From positions 1 through 40,335 of IMG/VR virus record IMGVR_UViG_3300027640_000210: a DNA stretch of 40,335 nt; one strand, 5' to 3'. The stretch is from a virus. Its lineage: Duplodnaviria > Caudoviricetes. The notes below the pieces were generated by a model, which made no database searches, was not told the origin of the DNA, and saw only the letters and a list, made by a program, of their open reading frames with translations. Shown here piece after piece: positions 1 through 9,206 of the stretch (its first letter is position 1; every line of letters starts with the position of its first letter). Made by a program: the position numbers and the translations under genes.

Positions 1-201
1 CTACCGGCCGGTGAACTTTGCCCGCACCGCGCAGATCTTCTCCTCGACGCGCCCTAAGTCAACGGCGACGGGTTCGAGGCGGGAGTCTTCCCGGACACGC
101 TCGGCGAGTCGGAGCTTGATGTCCTCGAGTTCCACGCACGCCTCTCTGAGCAGGTCCGCGATGAACGCTCCTTCGCTTTTCGTCAGCGCATCCCAGGTCA
201 T
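1..201 (-). CDS. Hypothetical helical protein (66 aa), divergent from the early operon
   Basis: ATG at 201 preceded by GAGGGAGAAG on the minus strand; C-terminal part of the 1..378 ORF. Confidence 0.6.
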   Translation of the reverse strand: MTWDALTKSEGAFIADLLREACVELEDIKLRLAERVREDSRLEPVAVDLGRVEEKICAVRAKFTGR

Positions 202-330
202 CGCTTCTCCCTCACTCTCGGCGTTCGCCAGCCTCACCACTCGGTGCTGTCGGCAATTGTCCTTGACATCAGGGGCTCGTGGCAAGTGCGATTGCACTCG
301 GGGTAGATGCCGGCGCCGGAGCGTCGTTGC
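202..330. promoter_or_regulatory. Divergent intergenic control region
   Basis: Lies between divergent genes; TTGACA at 263-268 (+); TTGCCA-N18-GACAAT on the minus strand; short inverted repeat AGTGC-gatt-GCACT at 285-298. Confidence 0.35.
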
Positions 331-564
331 GTGACGCATGCAGCTGACACCTTCGACCCGACCGTCTTCGTCGAACACGAGGGCGCTTTCTTCCCGGCCG
401 ACCAGATCGGCTCGGACGGCGTGCCGCTGCCAATCTCCGAAGACGTGGCCTCCGAGATCCGCCGGATCATCGAGGAGGATCTCGAAGCCAACCCCGAAGC
501 CCGGCGCATCTGGATTGCTGAAGCCGAGCGGGTGCTGCGAGAACGCAAGCGAGGCGTGGCATGA
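331..564 (+). CDS. Hypothetical protein
   Basis: Coding-like codon usage from GTG 331 (ATG 307 is an alternative start); stop overlaps the next ATG (ATGA). Confidence 0.55.
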   Translation: MTHAADTFDPTVFVEHEGAFFPADQIGSDGVPLPISEDVASEIRRIIEEDLEANPEARRIWIAEAERVLRERKRGVA

Positions 565-878
565 CCACCCTCGATCTCATGCGTGAGCTGCGCCTGCTCG
601 GACAGGCAGACATTCCCAAAGACTCCCTGGAGCGCGTGTGGCTTCGCGTACTCCGGGAGACGGCCCAGGCGGTGGAGGCCGATAACCCGAGTGTCTCTCC
701 TTCGGGTGTCGCCGCTCAAGGTCGGGCTCGTGCCTGCCCGGCCGCGCACTCTTTTCATGCCCCGGCCTTCGGGCCGGGGAAGACTCTCTCCGGGCTCCGG
801 CTCGTCTCCCTTCCCGATACGGCCCCTGCTTCGGTGTCCCCTGCCGGAGTGGGGGGACCCTCGGGGGTGCGGGAGTGA
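561..878 (+). CDS. Hypothetical protein; 3' half overlaps a hairpin cluster
   Basis: ATGA coupling to the upstream gene; helical N-terminus, low-complexity C-terminus. Confidence 0.45.
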   Translation: MTTLDLMRELRLLGQADIPKDSLERVWLRVLRETAQAVEADNPSVSPSGVAAQGRARACPAAHSFHAPAFGPGKTLSGLRLVSLPDTAPASVSPAGVGGPSGVRE

Positions 879-1000
879 GCACCTTCCCCGCCCTCACCGC
901 GGACGGCTACCACTGCCCCATCTGCGACACCCCGTATCCGACGGCCACGGAGGCCGTGCTGTGTCAGCTGACCCATGGAGAGGAGGAGCATCCATCATGA
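875..1000 (+). CDS. Small zinc-finger-like protein (41 aa; not in ORF track)
   Basis: GTG 875 to TGA 1000 reads MSTFPALTADGYHCPICDTPYPTATEAVLCQLTHGEEEHPS (CxxC...C...H); GTGA/ATGA overlaps at both ends. Confidence 0.55.
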   Translation: MSTFPALTADGYHCPICDTPYPTATEAVLCQLTHGEEEHPS

Positions 1001-1158
1001 CCTACCTCCAGTATCTGGTCCTCCCCATCCTTGCCGCCTGGGGCTTCCTCGCAACCGTGGGAGCCTACGTGCTCTACCTGGCTATCCGGGACCGCGTCGA
1101 CCACCGGCGACTCAGGCGCCGGGTGGACCTCGCTCGGCTGCGGGGGTGGGATCGATGA
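997..1158 (+). CDS. Small membrane protein
   Basis: RBS AGGAGGAG; one hydrophobic segment and a basic tail. Confidence 0.6.
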   Translation: MTYLQYLVLPILAAWGFLATVGAYVLYLAIRDRVDHRRLRRRVDLARLRGWDR

Positions 1159-1376
1159 TGTCGACCACCCTAGCCGAGCGGGCCTGGGCTCCCGAGCAGG
1201 TAGCCGAATGGGCCGCGTGGGCCGCGTACGAGTCGGCCGGCCGACGAGCCTTGAAGAAACGAGGCCTTCGCCTCCGGCATCCCCGCCTCTGGGACTGGCC
1301 GCGGATCGTGATCTGCATCTTGCTGCCGGCCGCCTGGCTCCTTGGCGTCTTCTACGCGACGGGGCCGACCCGGTGA
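1155..1376 (+). CDS. Small membrane protein
   Basis: ATGA overlap; C-terminal hydrophobic segment IVICILLPAAWLLGVFYA. Confidence 0.55.
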   Translation: MMSTTLAERAWAPEQVAEWAAWAAYESAGRRALKKRGLRLRHPRLWDWPRIVICILLPAAWLLGVFYATGPTR

Positions 1377-1414
1377 CAACCCCGACCATCTGTCCTCGAA
1401 GGGAGGTGAACACT

Positions 1415-1747
1415 ATGACGATGAAGCCACGAGGCGCACCGCCTGCGGCCGTCAGTCACCTTGACGACGTGCTGCTGGACGCCGCCTTTTGTGCGGACGC
1501 CCAGCTCATGAACAGCACGGCCATGCTCGAGGCCTGCGATCGGATCTTCGCGGACGGGCTGGTGAGCGGCGACGACGCAGACGACGTTCTCTTCCTCCGG
1601 CGCCATGTGCGGCTTGAGGACCATCTGAACCGCGACCAGGAATCCCTCATGCGCTGGGGCCGCTGGGCCTTTGAACGCGTGAGTCTGATCGTCCGGGAGT
1701 ACCGCGGCAAACTGCAGGACCTCAGAAAGGCCGAAGCCGCCCGATAG
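1415..1747 (+). CDS. Hypothetical helical phage protein
   Basis: Strong RBS GGAGGTG before ATG 1415; high GC3. Confidence 0.65.
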   Translation: MTMKPRGAPPAAVSHLDDVLLDAAFCADAQLMNSTAMLEACDRIFADGLVSGDDADDVLFLRRHVRLEDHLNRDQESLMRWGRWAFERVSLIVREYRGKLQDLRKAEAAR

Positions 1748-1793
1748 GCGGCCTCGACACACACATGTACGAGATTACAGAACGGAGCTGATT

Positions 1794-2978
1794 ATGGCAA
1801 TGGCACAGACGAAGGAGACGCCCGGCCAGGCCCTTGAGCGGGTGCGCCCGCAGGAGCGGGCCCTGGTGCAGGCAGCGAGCGAGCTCGGGATCCTCAAGGA
1901 GGCCGGGGGCGCTCTCATGATCGACCTGTCCAGCCCGGAGCTTGCACGTCGGTACATAGTGCTCGCACCGGCGGCGACGCTCGTGCAGGCGGATCCGAAC
2001 TTCACCCCGGGGATTTCCGTGGTGTCGATCGACCCGGACCCCGATGCTGGCGACGTGTACCCGATCGAGAAGGGCGTCGGGGGCAAGGTCAAGACGCTCG
2101 CACTCACCAAGGTGGGCCTGCGCAAGCTCGGCGACAAGGCGGGCATCGAACACCTGCCGCCCAGGATCGAGTACCACGGGAAGAACCTGACAGTCACGGC
2201 CGCCATCCGTTTTCGGAAGCCCGACGGCACCTTTGCCATCGGGTACGGCTCGCAGCACTGGATGTCGGATAGCGAGTACGAGGATGTCGAGAACCAGTGC
2301 CCCGAAAGCTGGGGAAGCGGTGACAAGAAGCACGTACTCGACGCCCGGGAGCGCGCGGATTGGATCCGCAAGCGCTGGACGCAGGTGCGCAAGTCGAACC
2401 TGCGGATGACCGAGTCGAAGGCACTGAGCGCGGCATACCGGGACAGTGGCCTTCCCGGACTGAAACAGAAGTACGCCCCTGAGGAGTTCTGGTGTATCAA
2501 GGACGGCCATCGCATCCCCAGGCCCTTCCTGGTCACCTCGACCACGTTCACCCCTGACACGAGAGACATCCGCGTTCTCGGCATGCTCATGACCGGCGGC
2601 GAGCAGGCGACCAACCTGCTCTACGGACCCGCCGCGCTCCCGGCCCACACAGACACGATCGACGTCGACGCCACCGAGCACGAGGATCCGCCGGCGAACG
2701 TCGACCCCGAGACCGGGGAGCTGTTCCCGGACGAGCCGGACGAGCCGGACGAGCCGGACGAACCGGCGACCTTCGGCGAGCGTCCGGAGAGCGACCCGAA
2801 GATCCCGAGCGGGGAGCACAAGGGCCTGCCCATCTCAGAGGTCGCGCGCGAGCACCCGGACTACGTGCGGGAGACGTTGCTGCACTCTGGCAGCGCCAAG
2901 TGGGGCACCGCCTCCGAGGCTTGGCTCATCTACTGGGGCCATGCGGTGGGGGGTGATGACGATGACGTCCAGTTCTAG
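1794..2978 (+). CDS. Conserved phage protein, candidate ssDNA-annealing/recombination protein
   Basis: 394 aa, directly upstream of sbcD/sbcC-like genes; VDPETGELF motif, GEHKG hairpin motif and SSB-like acidic tail DDDDVQF. Function is inferred. Confidence 0.5.
   Translation: MAMAQTKETPGQALERVRPQERALVQAASELGILKEAGGALMIDLSSPELARRYIVLAPAATLVQADPNFTPGISVVSIDPDPDAGDVYPIEKGVGGKVKTLALTKVGLRKLGDKAGIEHLPPRIEYHGKNLTVTAAIRFRKPDGTFAIGYGSQHWMSDSEYEDVENQCPESWGSGDKKHVLDARERADWIRKRWTQVRKSNLRMTESKALSAAYRDSGLPGLKQKYAPEEFWCIKDGHRIPRPFLVTSTTFTPDTRDIRVLGMLMTGGEQATNLLYGPAALPAHTDTIDVDATEHEDPPANVDPETGELFPDEPDEPDEPDEPATFGERPESDPKIPSGEHKGLPISEVAREHPDYVRETLLHSGSAKWGTASEAWLIYWGHAVGGDDDDVQF
2730..2766 (+). repeat. 9-bp tandem repeat (GACGAGCCG x4, encodes DEP)
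   Basis: Directly visible in the sequence; the last copy has one mismatch. Confidence 0.85.
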
Positions 2979-2988
2979 TGGTCTCGGC

Positions 2989-4221
2989 ATGACCACGATT
3001 CGACTAGCCCATACGGCCGACTGGCACATCGGTAGCTCGTACCACCTTGGCGACGAGAGCAAGGACGGACTCAACTCCCGGTTGCGGGACTACGAAGACG
3101 CGATCCTTCGAAGCTGTCGGCAGATGGTCGAGGAACACGCCGACGTCGTACTCTTCGCCGGCGACGGATTTCGGAACAGTACTCCGACCCCAACCGAACA
3201 GGCCGTCTTCCGTCGCGCGATGGACGTGCTCTGCAACGCGAATATCCCGGTGCTCTGCATAGTCGGGAACCATTGCCTCCCCCGCGCCCCCGGCCGCACC
3301 CATGCCCTCGCGATCTTCAACGGCTACCGAGGCGGCGTCACGGTGATCGACCGGCCGGAGGTGGTGACGATCAAGGGCCTGGCGATTGCGTGTCTGCCGT
3401 GGTTCTCCCGCGGGCACCTTGCCGCCGCAGATCCTGACTTCGAACGCCTCACCCTCGACGAGCAGAACGCCCGCATCGTCGAGCTGTCCCTCGCGGTGCT
3501 CCGCAAGCTCGGAGCTGAGGCGGAGGCGCAGGCCATGCCGCTCGGCTCGATGTTACTGGCCCACGGCTCCATTGGCGGCTCGGTGGTCGGCGCGGAGGGG
3601 AGTACCGCGTTCTTCCGGGAGCCGGTGCTTCCGCTCTCGGAGTTGCGGGGGCTGCCCTTCCGGTACCAGGCATGGGGGCATTTGCATCGGGCGCAGACCC
3701 TCGACGCAGCAGGCGTCGACGGGCGCGTCAGGTATTCGGGCTCTATCGAGCGCATCGACTTCAACGAGGCACTGGAAGACAAAGGCTGGTGGCTCATCGA
3801 GCTCGGCGCTGGCGACCCGGGTCTCGAGGATGACTACAACGTGACGTGGCGATCAAGCTCACCGCGCCCCTTTGCGGACATCGACCTCGTGGACCCAACC
3901 GGCTGGGAGTCGGAAATCTTCAGTCTGAACGGAACGATTCCCGGGGCAATCGTCAGGGTGAAGTACGAGGCGACACCGGAAGAGGCCCGCACCGTCGATC
4001 ATCAGGCCATCCGGCGCGCACTCTACGCGGCCGGCGCGCTCAAGGTCCACGGACCCATCGCCACCATCCGTCACTCCGTGACCGAGGCCGCGCCCACGCT
4101 CACAGAGGAGACGGACGTGTTCTCGGGCTGGACGGAGTACGCGGACCGGCTCGGGCTCAGTGACCACGAGAGAGAGCGTCTGGACCGGAAGGTCTGCGAG
4201 GCGCTGGAGGTGACGGGATGA
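2989..4221 (+). CDS. sbcD: SbcD/Mre11-like metallophosphoesterase nuclease
   Basis: Motifs HTADWH, FAGD, GNH, GHLH, YSGS. Start could be 2956/2962. Confidence 0.9.
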   Translation: MTTIRLAHTADWHIGSSYHLGDESKDGLNSRLRDYEDAILRSCRQMVEEHADVVLFAGDGFRNSTPTPTEQAVFRRAMDVLCNANIPVLCIVGNHCLPRAPGRTHALAIFNGYRGGVTVIDRPEVVTIKGLAIACLPWFSRGHLAAADPDFERLTLDEQNARIVELSLAVLRKLGAEAEAQAMPLGSMLLAHGSIGGSVVGAEGSTAFFREPVLPLSELRGLPFRYQAWGHLHRAQTLDAAGVDGRVRYSGSIERIDFNEALEDKGWWLIELGAGDPGLEDDYNVTWRSSSPRPFADIDLVDPTGWESEIFSLNGTIPGAIVRVKYEATPEEARTVDHQAIRRALYAAGALKVHGPIATIRHSVTEAAPTLTEETDVFSGWTEYADRLGLSDHERERLDRKVCEALEVTG

Positions 4222-4457
4222 GCCCGACAGCCACATACACACTAGCCCGCGAAGACGCCATCGAAGCGATCCACGGTCTGCCCCGGGTCGCCCGGCAGAT
4301 CCTCTACCAACTGGCTGGGGAGGTCGCGTACTTCGAACGGCGCACAGACAGCACGTCGGCATACGACATGCCGCGCGCTCATGCCGAGCTCCAAGTCGCC
4401 CTGCAGATGTTCGAGCTGGCCGTCAAGGCCGCGGGAGGGCACTACCATGAGAGCTGA
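4218..4457 (+). CDS. Hypothetical protein
   Basis: 79 aa ORF coupled (ATGA) between sbcD and sbcC; RBS GGAGGTG. Confidence 0.6.
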   Translation: MSPTATYTLAREDAIEAIHGLPRVARQILYQLAGEVAYFERRTDSTSAYDMPRAHAELQVALQMFELAVKAAGGHYHES

Positions 4458-6756
4458 GTCCCTGACACTCAAGGACTTCAAGAGTTACCAGGACGCCGAC
4501 ATCGACTTTTCCGGGCTCTGGCTGGCCTCGGTGGTCGGAGCGAACGGCGCCGGCAAGTCGAGCCTCCTGGAGGCGATCGCCTTCGTGCTCACCGGCGCGC
4601 GGTCCATTCGCTCGCTCGATTCCTTCATCCGCCAGGGCGCGGAGGAGTGCCGCGTGGCACTCACCTTCTCGACCGGCGGGAAGAGATACCGGCTCACGCG
4701 CACGCGCTCCTCCCGCGGATCCGGCAAGAGCACGCTGGAGCTGGCGCGGCAAGACGAGAGCGGACTGTGGGCGGCGGAAGGAACGGGCGCCAGGGACACA
4801 GAGGAGCGCGTCCGGCAGATCCTCGGCTGTGACGAGGACACGCTGCTGCAGACCGCCATTGTGAGCCAGGGCGACGCCGGGAGCTTCTTCGCGCTCCGGC
4901 CCGCCCAGCGGCTGGAGGCCCTCGGGTCGATCCTCCGGCTCGATGAGGTGTACCAGCCGCTGGAGTCGCACTTCAAGGGCCTGGCGGCCACGGCGAAGGC
5001 CGATCTTGAAACGGCCCGCCGGGACGTTGAACGCCTCGAGGTGGACGTCGCCCGGCTGGAGCACACGAAGGACATGCTCGTACTGGCCCAGATCGACGTG
5101 GATTGCGCCTATGGCGACCTGCGGTGCGACGAGGAGGCACTCGAGGAGGCCAGGACCGCCCTCCGTGGTGTCAGCGCTCGCGCGGCAGACTACGAGCTCG
5201 CGGTGGCCAAGCGGGATGAGTTGATCAGGCGAAGGGTCGACCTGGTGACTCGGGCCGGCAGCCTGAAGGACGAATCTGACGGTCTGCTCGCTCGTATCGA
5301 GACTCGCGAGAGCCTTGAGGCTGAACTCGCCGGCAAGGACGCCCTCGAGGGCGAACGGGACCGGCAGCTGAAGTACAAGGAGCAGGACTTTCAGGCGGAG
5401 GCAGATCGGCGACGACTGACGGACGCGGTCCATGACGCCGAGAGCGCCGTCATCCAAGCCCGCGACGACTGGAAGGCCGCGCAGAAGACACACGACGTGG
5501 CCGCGCGGGCGTACTCAGACGCGGTCGATGCGACCGACCGTCTGGGTACGGCGGGCGGTGAAGCAACCGCGCGCCTAAAGAGGATAGAGACTGCGGAGCT
5601 GCCCATTTGCGATCGCTGTGGGCAGGACATTGCGGATCAAGCACGCGAGCGGACGCTGACCAGTATCAAGGCCGAGCTCGCGGCTATCGAAGAGCAGTAC
5701 CCTGCTGCCCGAGAGGCCCTCGACAGAACGGCTAAGCAGATAGCCAGCACTAAGAAGGCGCTGACAGATCTCGAAGTCCGCGGCGCCGAGGCGAAGCAAG
5801 CGCTCGAAGCCCGCAGGGCTGAGATTGAAGCACTTTCGGCGCCGAGGTTCTGGCCCGAGAACCTCGACCGCATCGAGAACAAGCTACGGGCACTCGCTGA
5901 GATCCCCGCGCAGCTGGCCCAGATCGCCACTCTCGAGGAACGCCTCGCCACGGTCGCCGCTGAACGCGAGTGCCTCGCTGTGGCTCTCCAGGCGCCCGAC
6001 CTGGTGGATGCCCTGGTTGAAGCCGAGCAGGCCGTCAGCGCGGCACAGGGCGCGCGTGTGCGGGCAACGGAGGCGGAGGCCACCGTGCGATCGGCCGAAG
6101 AGGCGCTCGCCGGATCCCGGCGGCTGTTCTCTGACGCCGAGAAAGCAGCCGCCCGCCTCGAGGGTGAAGTCAAGTCGCTCGAACCCTGCCGGGAGGCTCT
6201 GGCGGATACGACGGCCGCGACCAAGTGCCTCGAACAGGAGCAGGCAGACGCGGAGCTCGTCAGGAAAGCCATGAGCAAGTGGGGCATCCCGGCACTCATC
6301 GTCGGCAACGTGCTGCTCTCCCTCGAGGTGGAGGTCAATGAGCTCCTGAGTTTGTACGAAGGCTCGCTGGCGCTCCGGTTCGAGAGCGAGCGGGAGACCC
6401 GCGACGGGGCCCGGGACAGTCTGGAGATCATCGTGTTCGATGGCCAGGACTGGCGTCCCTTCGAGACCTTCAGCGGCGGCGAGCGGTACCGGGTGGCGAG
6501 CGCCATGCGGCTTGGACTGGCGCGGCTGCTGGCTCACCGCTCGGGAGCACGGGTCGAGACGTTGATCGTCGATGAGCCTGAGGGACTCGACGCCCCCGGG
6601 CGCGCGCATCTCGCGCGGATCCTGGAGCGTATGAGTGAGAGCTTCGGGCTCACCCTGCTCCTGACTCACTACGACGACCTCAAGGATGCCATGCCGCAGC
6701 AGATCGCGGTGTCGCGCGGCGAGGACGGGCTGTCGAGAGTGGAGGTGGTGGCGTGA
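4447..6756 (+). CDS. sbcC: SbcC/Rad50-like SMC ATPase
   Basis: Walker A GANGAGKSS, Q-loop SQG, coiled coil with zinc hook CDRC, signature FSGGE, Walker B LIVDE, H-loop LTH; RBS GGAGGG before ATG 4447. Confidence 0.92.
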   Translation: MRAESLTLKDFKSYQDADIDFSGLWLASVVGANGAGKSSLLEAIAFVLTGARSIRSLDSFIRQGAEECRVALTFSTGGKRYRLTRTRSSRGSGKSTLELARQDESGLWAAEGTGARDTEERVRQILGCDEDTLLQTAIVSQGDAGSFFALRPAQRLEALGSILRLDEVYQPLESHFKGLAATAKADLETARRDVERLEVDVARLEHTKDMLVLAQIDVDCAYGDLRCDEEALEEARTALRGVSARAADYELAVAKRDELIRRRVDLVTRAGSLKDESDGLLARIETRESLEAELAGKDALEGERDRQLKYKEQDFQAEADRRRLTDAVHDAESAVIQARDDWKAAQKTHDVAARAYSDAVDATDRLGTAGGEATARLKRIETAELPICDRCGQDIADQARERTLTSIKAELAAIEEQYPAAREALDRTAKQIASTKKALTDLEVRGAEAKQALEARRAEIEALSAPRFWPENLDRIENKLRALAEIPAQLAQIATLEERLATVAAERECLAVALQAPDLVDALVEAEQAVSAAQGARVRATEAEATVRSAEEALAGSRRLFSDAEKAAARLEGEVKSLEPCREALADTTAATKCLEQEQADAELVRKAMSKWGIPALIVGNVLLSLEVEVNELLSLYEGSLALRFESERETRDGARDSLEIIVFDGQDWRPFETFSGGERYRVASAMRLGLARLLAHRSGARVETLIVDEPEGLDAPGRAHLARILERMSESFGLTLLLTHYDDLKDAMPQQIAVSRGEDGLSRVEVVA

Positions 6757-7070
6757 GTCCCAAGGATTTCTATGCAGAGCTCGGAGGGTGGTCAGACCCC
6801 GTGCCCGCAAACAAGACGATCGTCTGCGAGCGGGTCGTTGTCGGCAGCCTGGAAGTCATGCCGGGAATATTCTTCCCGACACTACAGGTTGCCGGTCGTC
6901 GTCCGACCAAAGCAAACGAGGCTGACGAAGTCGCAATCCTGCTCGACACGCCGCACCACCTCGCTGCCCTCATTTGCGCGCTGGAATATCTGGTTGCAGA
7001 CAACGGCCTAATAGCAGAAGTCGACCAGAAGAAAGCGGAGATCCGCGACTTCATGGAGCCGCAGCGGTGA
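6753..7070 (+). CDS. Hypothetical protein
   Basis: GTGA overlap and RBS GGAGGTGG; somewhat lower GC than neighbours. Confidence 0.6.
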   Translation: MSPKDFYAELGGWSDPVPANKTIVCERVVVGSLEVMPGIFFPTLQVAGRRPTKANEADEVAILLDTPHHLAALICALEYLVADNGLIAEVDQKKAEIRDFMEPQR

Positions 7071-7549
7071 CCCGCGACTGGCGCCGCCTCCCCTACTGGC
7101 AGTCGACCACGAACGTGGAGCGCTCTCTGGAGGAGCTCACCGGCTACCTCGCCCGCCACGACATCGACGCCGTGCGCACGACCCGCTACCGGGACCCCTG
7201 GCGCCTCATGGTGGAGTGGGAGCAGCAGGTAGGCGGCGTGGCGGTGGTCGTCTCCTTCGACGTCACCGTGTCGGACGAGGAGCTCGAGGAGTACACGGCC
7301 CGACAGGCGGGCCTGGTGCTGAACCAGGCCGCGCGTCTCCTCTGGCACACGGTCAAGAACCTCATCGCCGCCACCGAGGCCGGGATCATCGGCCTGGAAG
7401 ACGCGGTGCTGCCCTTCGTGCGCACGCATGCGAACGGCAAGCCCACGACGGTAGGTGCCCTCGTCAGGGCGCAGATCCGGACCGCCGGTGACCTCGGGCC
7501 GACCATCGTGCAGCGGGCCCTCCCTGCGAAGACGGGCGGCGGGCGATGA
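7067..7549 (+). CDS. Conserved hypothetical phage protein
   Basis: GTGA overlap; pattern Y..T.V.RS..E...QAARLLW..VK....E.G....AVLPF resembles an uncharacterised phage family. Confidence 0.65.
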   Translation: MTRDWRRLPYWQSTTNVERSLEELTGYLARHDIDAVRTTRYRDPWRLMVEWEQQVGGVAVVVSFDVTVSDEELEEYTARQAGLVLNQAARLLWHTVKNLIAATEAGIIGLEDAVLPFVRTHANGKPTTVGALVRAQIRTAGDLGPTIVQRALPAKTGGGR

Positions 7550-8256
7550 GAGCTGCCACGTGCGAAGTCCATCCCGGCATCCGGATCGACCACAAGCCCT
7601 GCTACCGCTGTTCCAAGGAGAAAACCATGCAAAACCAGTCGACCATCACCATGACGGCCCCGAACGGGGAGACGACCGGGCCCGTGTCCCTCGATCACTT
7701 CCGGGACGCCGTGGACCGCATCACTGGCGAGATCAGCCCCTTTGCCCAACCCACACTCGACGACAAGGTGTTCGGGGCCTACACACCCGAGCACCAGGTG
7801 AGTCTGAAGCTCACCAAGGGCAGCGCGAAGTGGCGACTCGGGACCTTCGGCAAGCTGCTCTCTGGCGAGGTGCTTGAGCGCGGTCGCGAGGTGATCGTCA
7901 TCGCTCGCTACTTCGCGAAGAGCGTCCACGTGCCGGCGACGATGACAGAGCATGACTTTGTAGCTCCCGGGGACGGGACGGTGGAGCTCGAGCTCCTGAG
8001 CGTGCGCTCCCTGGAGGTGGGCCGCCAGCTCCTTCGCAAAGAGAGCCCCTGGGAACCCTGCAGCTGCCTGGAGCCCTACGACAAAGAGGAGGATGAGGAC
8101 TACCCGATCGGGCGCCTGGTACTCGAGTACCCGCTGGACGGATGGAGTGCGCTGCGAACGTGCCTGACCTGCGCGGGCCTCGGCTACACGCGGCCGGTGA
8201 TCAAGCCGGACGACGTGAACCCCGAAGAGGAGCGCGAGGGAGGCTCCGATGAGTGA
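7546..8256 (+). CDS. Hypothetical protein with Cys cluster (paralog of next gene)
   Basis: CSC...CLTCAGLG; alternative start ATG 7627 with RBS AAGGAG. Confidence 0.7.
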   Translation: MRAATCEVHPGIRIDHKPCYRCSKEKTMQNQSTITMTAPNGETTGPVSLDHFRDAVDRITGEISPFAQPTLDDKVFGAYTPEHQVSLKLTKGSAKWRLGTFGKLLSGEVLERGREVIVIARYFAKSVHVPATMTEHDFVAPGDGTVELELLSVRSLEVGRQLLRKESPWEPCSCLEPYDKEEDEDYPIGRLVLEYPLDGWSALRTCLTCAGLGYTRPVIKPDDVNPEEEREGGSDE

Positions 8257-8971
8257 CTCCCGCGAACTCGCTTCACGCGGCCAGCAGAGCCTCGACGACC
8301 AACTCTTCAGCCGGTTCATCAATCTGAAGGTGGGCTTGAGCCTCTCGGGCACCCAGCAGTTCCCCGCCGAGGAGCTCGTCGACCTCGCCGGCAAAGGACG
8401 CTTCGAGAAGGGCCGGGAGGTCACGGTGACTGCCCGCTTCTTCGTGGCCGATACGGGCCTCGGTGTCACGCGGTCGGTTGAGTACGGAGGCGACGACCGC
8501 TACGGCTTTGGGAGTGGCAAGGTCGCGCTCAAACTGATCGCCATCGAGAGCCTGCAGATAGGTGAGCAGAAACTCGCCGGCCAGGTGGCGAAGCTCTGCT
8601 CATGCGCGGTGCGGAGGAACGGGGCGTCCACGCATGGGTCCACGCCTGAGGGATACCGGCCATCAGACGCCAAGGGGTGGCTCGGCCGACTCGACTGCGA
8701 GGTATGCGACGGGCGCGGCCTGCTCTATCCGCAGAAGTACGATGCTCCACACGCACCCAATCTATACAGGGGTTACGAGCCCACCCTGATCCTGGTGGAT
8801 GAGCTCCCGGAGCCCGAGCCGGTGCCCGAGGGCCACTGCTCCCTGTGCGCGGAGAAGCTTCCCCGGCACCACTACGAGTGCCCAGAGAGTGATTACAACC
8901 GGCGCCGGGCCGAGGCGGAGTACCAAGACGCGACGGACGTCGAGATCGAGCCCGCGGATGAGCTCGAGTGA
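8249..8971 (+). CDS. Hypothetical zinc-binding protein (paralog of previous gene)
   Basis: CSC...CEVCDGRG plus CSLC...HHYEC; RBS GGGAGG. Confidence 0.7.
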   Translation: MSDSRELASRGQQSLDDQLFSRFINLKVGLSLSGTQQFPAEELVDLAGKGRFEKGREVTVTARFFVADTGLGVTRSVEYGGDDRYGFGSGKVALKLIAIESLQIGEQKLAGQVAKLCSCAVRRNGASTHGSTPEGYRPSDAKGWLGRLDCEVCDGRGLLYPQKYDAPHAPNLYRGYEPTLILVDELPEPEPVPEGHCSLCAEKLPRHHYECPESDYNRRRAEAEYQDATDVEIEPADELE

Positions 8972-9206
8972 TGACCTCCTCGCCTTCCTCCGGGACCTGC
9001 TCCAGACTCGCTACCGCCGTCACCTCGCTGACGGGCTCCGAGACGCCGACGCACGCCGGGAGGCCCTCCTCGACCTCGAGGTCTGGACTACGGCTGTCGA
9101 CGAGGGGTTCCTTGAATTCCTGGAGTGGCTCCCTGGCGAGCCGGAGCGGGTACCTGTCGGGGACGGCAAGCGGCCCACGCCCGGCGAGCAGCTCGCCCTT
9201 ATCTGA
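8958..9206 (+). CDS. Hypothetical protein (82 aa) ending in a beta-clamp-like motif
   Basis: High-GC3 frame from ATG 8958; ends EQLALI. Confidence 0.55.
   Translation: MSSSDDLLAFLRDLLQTRYRRHLADGLRDADARREALLDLEVWTTAVDEGFLEFLEWLPGEPERVPVGDGKRPTPGEQLALI

Noticed and set aside
262-281. Similarity of CTTGACA...CTCGTG here to the late promoter at 12714-12737
   Set aside because: Spacing differs (7 vs 11 nt) and no good -10 follows; could be chance.
811-875. tRNA gene
   Set aside because: Branched pairing is possible, but no T-loop GTTCRA, D-loop or proper acceptor stem is evident.
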